A stretch of DNA of 64,000 nucleotides, from NCBI GenBank assembly GCA_016290135.1, contig JAEESW010000004.1, positions 40,066 through 104,065 on the forward strand. Direction: 5' to 3'. Below are positions 58,093 through 64,000 of the stretch, piece after piece (the stretch's first letter is position 1; each line of letters starts with the position of its first letter). The position numbers and the translations under genes were made by a program. A model generated the notes under the pieces. That model saw only the letters and a program-made list of their open reading frames with translations. It made no database searches and was not told where the DNA came from. Origin of the DNA: a bacterium. Its GTDB lineage: Bacteria > UBP6 > UBA1177.

Positions 58093-59589
58093 TTGGTGTT
58101 AGATAAAAAAAGTACTGTTATTTCTTATCATTCAGATCATTTCTTGCGTTTTGCCGCAGTATTTTATGCTGTTGTATTGTTTTCTCTGAATTTTATCAGG
58201 ATTTTTGATAACAACTTTTGGCTTGACGAAGCCTTTTCAATAAATCTGGCAAAAATGGATTTGACCGGCATGATCAATGCGACAGCTGCAGATGTTCACC
58301 CGCCGCTTTATTATGCGATATTGATGTTAATGTATCGTCTCTTCGGAGATCACGGATGGGTCTTTCATCTGACATCGATAATTCCGTATGCAATCACTAT
58401 GCTTTTCGCGCTTTCGATAATATGGAAGAAGTTCGGCAAAGGGAGTGCTTTTCTTATGATCACATTCATATCGGTCATGCGAAGTGCCGTGCTCTATAAT
58501 GTCGAAGTTAGAATGTATTCTTGGGCTGCATTGTTTGTGCTGCTGGTCTATTACGCATGTTATATGATAATAGCTGACGACAGGCGGTCAGGATATATTT
58601 TGTTCGCTGTTTTTGCCCTTCTTGCGGCATACACACATTATTACACAATTATTCCTATAGCGATATTGACACTTTCGGTTTTTGTATTTTTGTTTGTGAA
58701 AAAGAGAAGTTTTTTGAAATTTGTTACCGCCATATCTGTTTCTATAATCCTCTATTTGCCTTGGATAAACACTGTGATTCGGCAGTTTCAGCGGACTACC
58801 GGCAGTTTTTTAAGAGAAAATCCCGGTTTGGCAAAAGGTTTGTGCTATTTTTTCTGGCAAGGTAATGCCGCGAATTCAGGAATTATGCTTGTATTTAATG
58901 TTTTGTATTCCGGGCTTTTTCTCGTATTTGCTACAGGTTTAATATTTTGGTTGATATGGAGCACTATAAAGAAAATGTGTGAAAACCCAGAAAACATTTC
59001 TGAGGTTGCAGATTTTACAGAAGCATATTGGATGTTTTCGGGTTATGCGGCATCAATAGTGACATTGCTTGCGTTGGAGTTGATTTCAATTTTATTTACC
59101 CCGGCATTGGCATATAAATATTTGCATCCGGTTGTCGGACTTATGTGGCTTGCTTTCAGCGTTGCCGTTTCAAAGCTTAAAAATAGAAATTTTATTGCCG
59201 GAATCCTGACCGTTGCTACGTTGTTGCTCGGTATGCCGATGTATATAGAAACTTACAAATCAGATGTCGAAGCAGATAAGCGATGCATGGCAACCCGTCA
59301 GATGATGATTAAAACGATAAGTAAGTATGATGTGATGTTGACAAATATTGAACATCTTGAGTGGGCTGTTTTACAATACTATTTGCCGAGTACAACTCAC
59401 AAATATGTTTCAGATATTTCGGAGATAAAAAAACTTGAATCAGTAAGACAATATTGGATTCTGTGGTCTGATTCTTTAAGCGAAATTGATCTCAACAATA
59501 TCAAAGATATGAATCTTAAAGTAGTTGAAGAATGCCGGAACTGTGAGCTGGGAAGTACAGTTTTTCATTTATATCGGCTTGTAAAGTGA
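58093..59589 (+). CDS. GT-C fold glycosyltransferase (PMT_2/GT39-like)
   Basis: [32 protein letters not shown]; multi-TM. Confidence 0.85.
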   Translation: MVLDKKSTVISYHSDHFLRFAAVFYAVVLFSLNFIRIFDNNFWLDEAFSINLAKMDLTGMINATAADVHPPLYYAILMLMYRLFGDHGWVFHLTSIIPYAITMLFALSIIWKKFGKGSAFLMITFISVMRSAVLYNVEVRMYSWAALFVLLVYYACYMIIADDRRSGYILFAVFALLAAYTHYYTIIPIAILTLSVFVFLFVKKRSFLKFVTAISVSIILYLPWINTVIRQFQRTTGSFLRENPGLAKGLCYFFWQGNAANSGIMLVFNVLYSGLFLVFATGLIFWLIWSTIKKMCENPENISEVADFTEAYWMFSGYAASIVTLLALELISILFTPALAYKYLHPVVGLMWLAFSVAVSKLKNRNFIAGILTVATLLLGMPMYIETYKSDVEADKRCMATRQMMIKTISKYDVMLTNIEHLEWAVLQYYLPSTTHKYVSDISEIKKLESVRQYWILWSDSLSEIDLNNIKDMNLKVVEECRNCELGSTVFHLYRLVK

Positions 59590-59597
59590 TTCTCTAT

Positions 59598-59613
59598 TGG
59601 CACAAATTTTGCA
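59598..59613 (+). promoter_or_regulatory. Sigma54 (-24/-12) promoter of pilin 1
   Basis: TGGCAC-AAATT-TTGCA. Confidence 0.8.
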
Positions 59614-59663
59614 TATTTCGGGTGTTTTTGTGTTGTTTTGTATGTTTTGTAGGATTTGAAATT

Positions 59664-60152
59664 ATGATTTCACGCGCGTTTACCTTAATAGAATTGATGA
59701 TCGTTATCGCAGTAATTGGAATTTTGACCGCAATTGCAATACCTATGTATCAGAGCTATTCGGCACGTGCAAAGGCATCGGAAGTGCCGATAATTCTTAA
59801 AGATATTGTTAAATTCCAATTCATCCATAGAGAATATCCTGCTAGCAATGGTCAATATGCGAATGGTCTAAAAACGATTGGAGTTAAGACAAATCTTGGC
59901 AAATTTGCAGCGAATCCAGAAGATTGTCCTTCAGCCACTGCCACCGAAAGTGATGAAACAAATATTTATGGGTGTAGCAAATATTACGGTTTTTCCACAA
60001 GTAAAGCGAGCGGTGGAGTCACATGTGCTGCAAACGGGATCGGTAATTTTTCATGGGCAAAAGCTATTAGCGAAGATGAATTGTTGCACAATGATCTTGC
60101 CGGATGCATGACAGAAGATTTTTATTATAAGCACGGCTCGGGCGGCAATTAG
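59664..60152 (+). CDS. Type IVa pilin 1
   Basis: MISRA|[22 protein letters not shown] prepilin motif; start at 59664 lies downstream of the sigma54 site. Confidence 0.9.
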   Translation: MISRAFTLIELMIVIAVIGILTAIAIPMYQSYSARAKASEVPIILKDIVKFQFIHREYPASNGQYANGLKTIGVKTNLGKFAANPEDCPSATATESDETNIYGCSKYYGFSTSKASGGVTCAANGIGNFSWAKAISEDELLHNDLAGCMTEDFYYKHGSGGN

Positions 60153-60155
60153 TTT

Positions 60156-60171
60156 TGGCACGCTTTTTGCA
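60156..60171 (+). promoter_or_regulatory. Sigma54 (-24/-12) promoter of pilin 2
   Basis: TGGCACGCTTTTTGCA, consensus match. Confidence 0.85.
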
Positions 60172-60245
60172 ATATGAATTTTGTGAATTTGTTGTTTGAT
60201 AGTCAGACGACGTTATTTTATTAATTTCATCAAAGGGAGAGAAAG

Positions 60246-60761
60246 ATGAAAAAAGGTTTTACACTTATCGAGCTCATGATCGTTATCGCGATTATCGGTA
60301 TTCTTGCAGCAGTTGCTATTCCTATGTACAGCGACTACACCAAAAAATCGAGAACCTCTGAGGTTGCTTCCAACCTTTCGGAAATTGCAAAGATGCAGCT
60401 TATCTACAAAGAGGATCCGTATGGCGGTTCTCAGAACGGTAAATTTGCACAGAATTTCCTTACACTTGGTTTCAAAACAAATGTTGGAACATTTACTGCT
60501 TCAGTAACCAACACAACAACAAAACAAACATGCCAAGAAAGTGATACTGTTGCTGCTACAGCTGGTAGCTATGCATGCGGTAAATTCTTTGCTTACAAAC
60601 TTACGGTTCCTGCAGATGGATTCGCTCTTTCGGCACTGAACACATGTGCAGATACCGAAGGTATGGCAAAAGCTATTCCGTTGCTTGTATCGGAAGTTCC
60701 GACTGATTGGGCAAAATCTTGCATTGATGCTTCACTTAATTTGAAACATTTGGCTGACTAA
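60246..60761 (+). CDS. pilA: Type IVa major pilin PilA-like
   Basis: MKKG|[23 protein letters not shown]; strong RBS; own sigma54 promoter and terminator. Confidence 0.88.
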   Translation: MKKGFTLIELMIVIAIIGILAAVAIPMYSDYTKKSRTSEVASNLSEIAKMQLIYKEDPYGGSQNGKFAQNFLTLGFKTNVGTFTASVTNTTTKQTCQESDTVAATAGSYACGKFFAYKLTVPADGFALSALNTCADTEGMAKAIPLLVSEVPTDWAKSCIDASLNLKHLAD

Positions 60762-60783
60762 TCTGAGTGTTGCATGATTTTTC

Positions 60784-60809
60784 AAACCCCGCTTCGGCGG
60801 GGTTTTTTT
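60784..60809 (+). terminator. Rho-independent terminator after pilin 2
   Basis: AAACCCCGC-TTCG-GCGGGGTTTTTTT. Confidence 0.9.
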
Positions 60810-60819
60810 GTATCTGGGG

Positions 60820-60972
60820 ACCTCTCAGCCTCACGGCAGCTCCCCTACCTCAGGGGAGCCTTGGCTGGCGGGGCACCTCACCTGTCGGCTCGAATTTACT
60901 CAGACAATTAGAATCAAAACGAAGTTGAGCCTCCCCTGAAGTAGGGGAGGTGGCACGCAGTGACGGAGAGGT
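60820..60972. repeat. REP-like inverted doublet (DUF559-associated family), gene-free
   Basis: A ACCTCTCAGCC..GGCAGCTCCCCT..AGGGGAGCCTT (60820-60862); B AGCCTCCCCTGAAGTAGGGGAGGTGGCACGCAGTGACGGAGAGGT (60928-60972). Confidence 0.85.
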
Positions 60973-60995
60973 CAGAGACGCACCACGGCACATCT

Positions 60996-62027
60996 CTACA
61001 TTATTCTCACACCTTCTTTTGTGCGTTCAAACACGAACGGGTTATAGTTTGCATTTCCGGGATCGGTTTTGATAATGAAATCAACGATATCGTGCAGAGT
61101 TTTTGTCGAAGGTGAGCGGTGATCGCCCGATCTGACAAAAATCGTCGACGAAAAAAGGTATGAAAATGCGGTGAGCCAGAAGTCGCAACTTTTTGATTTT
61201 ATTGTGTCTCTCGGAATGAAAATCGCGTTTTCGGCATTTCCTGCCTTAAGGTCCTGCCAAAAATCGTCCATAAGTTCGCGCATGATTTCGCTTTCACGTG
61301 CGGCGTTCTCGGCGAGGCGCCCCAGGTTTTCTTTGTATGGAACATCGGGAAGAAGCGCATCAAGTGCGGGAATGATTTTGTGGCGGTAGTAGTTGCGGCG
61401 GTATTTTGTGTCAAAATTTGAGGTGTCTGACAAAAATTGTCGCTCAGCCATGAAGCCGTATATCTCATTTTTGGCGATATTGAGCATCGGACGAATGACA
61501 AAAAAAGTGCTGTTTTCGGTGTTCGATAAAAAATCGCTGTTTGAATTTATTGGTTTTATGCCGCTTAAACCTTTGATCCCGGTGCCGCGGTCAAAGAGGC
61601 GCATGAGGAGCGTCTCGACTTGGTCGTCAAGGTGGTGTGCTGTTGACAACATGCTGAAATTGTTGCGTTTTACTAGATCGAACAAAAGCTCGTAGCGCTT
61701 CATTCTTGCGCGCTCTTCTGTATTGTTTTTTTCGTTCTGCCAGAAATTTTCCTCAAATTCGAGCGGAAAAAAGGGGATCCCGAGGTTTTGACAAATTTTG
61801 TCAACAAATTTTGCTTCATCCCCTGATTCAATGCGGAGCTTGTGATCTACGTATGCGGCAGAGAGCGTGAAACCGAGCTCTTCCCGGAGTCCGTTCAGCA
61901 GAAACAGCATTGCAAGGGAGTCCGCGCCGCCGGAACATGCGGCCAAAACAGAAAAATTTTTCCCCGAAAAACCGGTTTCTTCAAGGATCTCTCTGAAATT
62001 TGCCCGAAATTTTTCTTTTAAATCCAT
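60996..62027 (-). CDS. tilS: tRNA(Ile)-lysidine synthetase
   Basis: SGGADS, VDHKLR, EERAR..RY, TAHH.DDQ.ET, RG.G..GL.GI, IRPML, D.SN....Y.RN..R. Confidence 0.93.
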   Translation of the reverse strand: MDLKEKFRANFREILEETGFSGKNFSVLAACSGGADSLAMLFLLNGLREELGFTLSAAYVDHKLRIESGDEAKFVDKICQNLGIPFFPLEFEENFWQNEKNNTEERARMKRYELLFDLVKRNNFSMLSTAHHLDDQVETLLMRLFDRGTGIKGLSGIKPINSNSDFLSNTENSTFFVIRPMLNIAKNEIYGFMAERQFLSDTSNFDTKYRRNYYRHKIIPALDALLPDVPYKENLGRLAENAARESEIMRELMDDFWQDLKAGNAENAIFIPRDTIKSKSCDFWLTAFSYLFSSTIFVRSGDHRSPSTKTLHDIVDFIIKTDPGNANYNPFVFERTKEGVRIM

Positions 62028-62123
62028 AATTCACTCCAAAAAAACGTGAATTTTTAATATTTGCGGCAAAAAAGGCAAATATTTAGTGTTTTCGGGTTGT
62101 TTTTTCTCTTTCGGGAAATATAT

Positions 62124-62256
62124 AACCTCTCAGTCGCTGCGAGTGTTCTGACCCCTCAGTCTGCTTCGCAGCCAGCTCCCCTAATTTAGGGGCGCCTTTC
62201 TAACATTAGCAAGCCTCCACTGAGGCAGGGGAGGTGCCACAAAGTGGCGGAGGGGT
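62124..62256. repeat. REP-like inverted doublet (DUF559-associated family), gene-free
   Basis: Partial A at 62124, A at 62151-62197, TCTAACATTAGC spacer, B at 62211-62256. Confidence 0.9.
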
Positions 62257-62277
62257 GAGGTTTTTAGGAGGTTTTTC

Positions 62278-63123
62278 ATGCTCAACATCATCAAAAGCGG
62301 ATTTTTGATCATTCTTATGTCGGTTTTTCTTGTTTTCATCGGTTATCTCACCGGCGGGCCGGACGGCGCCATGATGTGCTTTTTTCTTTCGCTGATATTC
62401 AATTTTTTCAGCTATTTTTTCAGTGATAAGATCGTTCTTGCGGCTTACCGCGCGCAGCCTGCCGACCCGAATGCGCATGCGTGGCTTTTTGACGCTCTTA
62501 CCAAACTGGCAACTGCGGCTGAACTTCCGGTAGTTCCCAAACTTTACGTCATTCCGATTGCGGAACCGAATGCTTTTGCGACCGGCAGAAACCCGAAACA
62601 TGCAGTCGTTGCTGTGACTCAGGGACTTTTGAACACGCTTTCGCACGATGAAGTTGCGGCCGTGATCGCGCACGAACTCGGACATGTGAAGCATTACGAT
62701 ATTCTTATCCAGACTATCGTTGCAGCGATGGCTTCGGCGATCATGTGGATAGCTTCGATGACGCGCTGGTTCGGGATCATTGGCGGCGGCCGTGACAGAC
62801 GCGACGGTAATGCGATCGGCTGGTTGTTCGTTGCGCTTCTTTCCCCGATCGCGGCGATGCTGATCCAGGCCGCGATAAGCCGATCAAGAGAATATTTAGC
62901 CGATGACTACAGCAGAAAACTTATGGGAAGCGGAGAATATTTAGTCAGTGCGCTCAACAGGATCTCGGGCAGGGAAGAACAGATCGTCGAAGCCCAGGGA
63001 GGCAGCGCGATCTCCGATTCGACAGCCCACATGTTCATTTATTCGCCGAAAGCAAGTTTCGTTGCAAAACTTTTCTCGACTCACCCAAGCCTTGAAGAAA
63101 GGATCAACAATCTGAGAAAATAA
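62278..63123 (+). CDS. htpX: Zinc metalloprotease HtpX
   Basis: PNAFATGRNP, AHELGH, ISRSREY.AD, FSTHP..EERI. Confidence 0.95.
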   Translation: MLNIIKSGFLIILMSVFLVFIGYLTGGPDGAMMCFFLSLIFNFFSYFFSDKIVLAAYRAQPADPNAHAWLFDALTKLATAAELPVVPKLYVIPIAEPNAFATGRNPKHAVVAVTQGLLNTLSHDEVAAVIAHELGHVKHYDILIQTIVAAMASAIMWIASMTRWFGIIGGGRDRRDGNAIGWLFVALLSPIAAMLIQAAISRSREYLADDYSRKLMGSGEYLVSALNRISGREEQIVEAQGGSAISDSTAHMFIYSPKASFVAKLFSTHPSLEERINNLRK

Positions 63124-63128
63124 ATTTT

Positions 63129-63216
63129 GTGGAGACACGCCGTGGTGAGTCTCATTTATGGAAAAATCACGTTCGGTAGAGACATTCCATGGAGACGTTT
63201 CATGAAACGTCTCTAC
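63129..63216. repeat. GTAG-family REP-like palindromes between convergent htpX and ppdK
   Basis: GTGGAGACACGCCGTGGTGAGTCTC and GTAGAGAC..GAGACGTTTCATGAAACGTCTCTAC. Confidence 0.7.
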
Positions 63217-63242
63217 ATAGAATGCCAATGAAATCAGAGGTT

Positions 63243-64000
63243 TTAGTCTTTTTTGAATTTATCTTTGATGTCGTTGAAGATCTTTTTTGCCCCTTCAACG
63301 CCTTTTTTGAGTTCTTCGCTGTTTTCTAAGGTCTCCTTAAGGTTCTTGAGACCGCTTTCAGCCTTTGAATAAGCGTCTTTTGCAACTGTTCCCGCTTTGG
63401 CATAGACATCTTTCGCTGTGCTTTCAGCCTTTGAATAAGCGTCTTCGGCAGTCTGTTTGATCTGGCGGACGACATCGTTGTTGATTGCAGCCTGAGCCGC
63501 AGCGAGACGCGCTATCGGAACTCTGTATGGAGAGCAGCTGACATACTGGAGACCGCATCTGTGGAAGAAGTCGATAGACGCCGGATCGCCGCCGTGTTCG
63601 CCGCATACGCCGAGTTTGATGTTCGGGCGCGCTTTTTTGCCGCGTCTTGCTGCGATCTCGACAAGCTGGCCGACACCGGTCTGGTCGATCGAACGGAACG
63701 GGTTCTTCTCCAGAATTCCTTTGTCGATGTAGTCGTAGATGAACTTGTTGGCGTCGTCACGGCTGTATCCGAGGCACATCTGGGTGAGGTCGTTCGTTCC
63801 GAATGAGAAGAATTCCGCGTGTTCCGCGATCTCATCGGCTGTAAGTGCGCCTCTCGGGACTTCGATCATCGTTCCGACCAAGAATTCTACGTTGATGCCT
63901 TTCTCTTCGAAGACTTTCGCAGCGGTTTCGCGGATGATCTTTTCCTGATATTTGAACTCCTGAACGTTTCCTACGAGCGGGACCATGATCTCGGGGAATA
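63243..64000 (-). CDS. ppdK: Pyruvate phosphate dikinase, 3' part (truncated by window edge), with C-terminal extension
   Basis: [51 protein letters not shown]. Confidence 0.95.
   Translation of the reverse strand, partial: FPEIMVPLVGNVQEFKYQEKIIRETAAKVFEEKGINVEFLVGTMIEVPRGALTADEIAEHAEFFSFGTNDLTQMCLGYSRDDANKFIYDYIDKGILEKNPFRSIDQTGVGQLVEIAARRGKKARPNIKLGVCGEHGGDPASIDFFHRCGLQYVSCSPYRVPIARLAAAQAAINNDVVRQIKQTAEDAYSKAESTAKDVYAKAGTVAKDAYSKAESGLKNLKETLENSEELKKGVEGAKKIFNDIKDKFKKD

Noticed and set aside
63192-63213. parS-like palindrome GTTTCATGAAAC
   Set aside because: It lacks the central CACGTG spacing and is part of a GTAG-type REP.

Overview
Origin-proximal chromosomal segment of a Gram-negative bacterium with a deltaproteobacteria-like gene repertoire (taxonomy is inference). 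The first 38 kb are mostly housekeeping: mnmG-rsmG, glyA-nrdR, tRNA-Asn, dnaA-dnaN-recF with a probable oriC, up to five parS sites inside coding sequences, rlmI, ttcA, MCE/PqiC, prs, mutS and polA. An accessory block at 25.9-33.9 kb carries cat-like/nudC/DUF3795/copA, a BspA-type LRR protein, an Abi/HEPN gene with an upstream hairpin, and PAP2. A surface-polysaccharide locus at 38-50 kb has duplicated GT11/GT2 modules and wzt. The window ends with glycosyltransferases, two sigma54-driven type IV pilins, tilS, htpX and the 3' end of ppdK. The most unusual part is 50.1-57.1 kb. (i) A DUF559/Vsr-like endonuclease gene is embedded in a family of palindromic REP-like doublets that also occur gene-free elsewhere in the window, a REPtron-like layout with no RAYT in view. 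(ii) Three AAA_14/DUF4143 ATPase-nuclease genes plus a remnant of a fourth are separated by same-orientation boundary motifs, and one is preceded by a 4x33-bp array; a second 4x33-bp array lies orphaned at 37.9 kb. All calls come from reading the sequence and ORF track; no searches were run.
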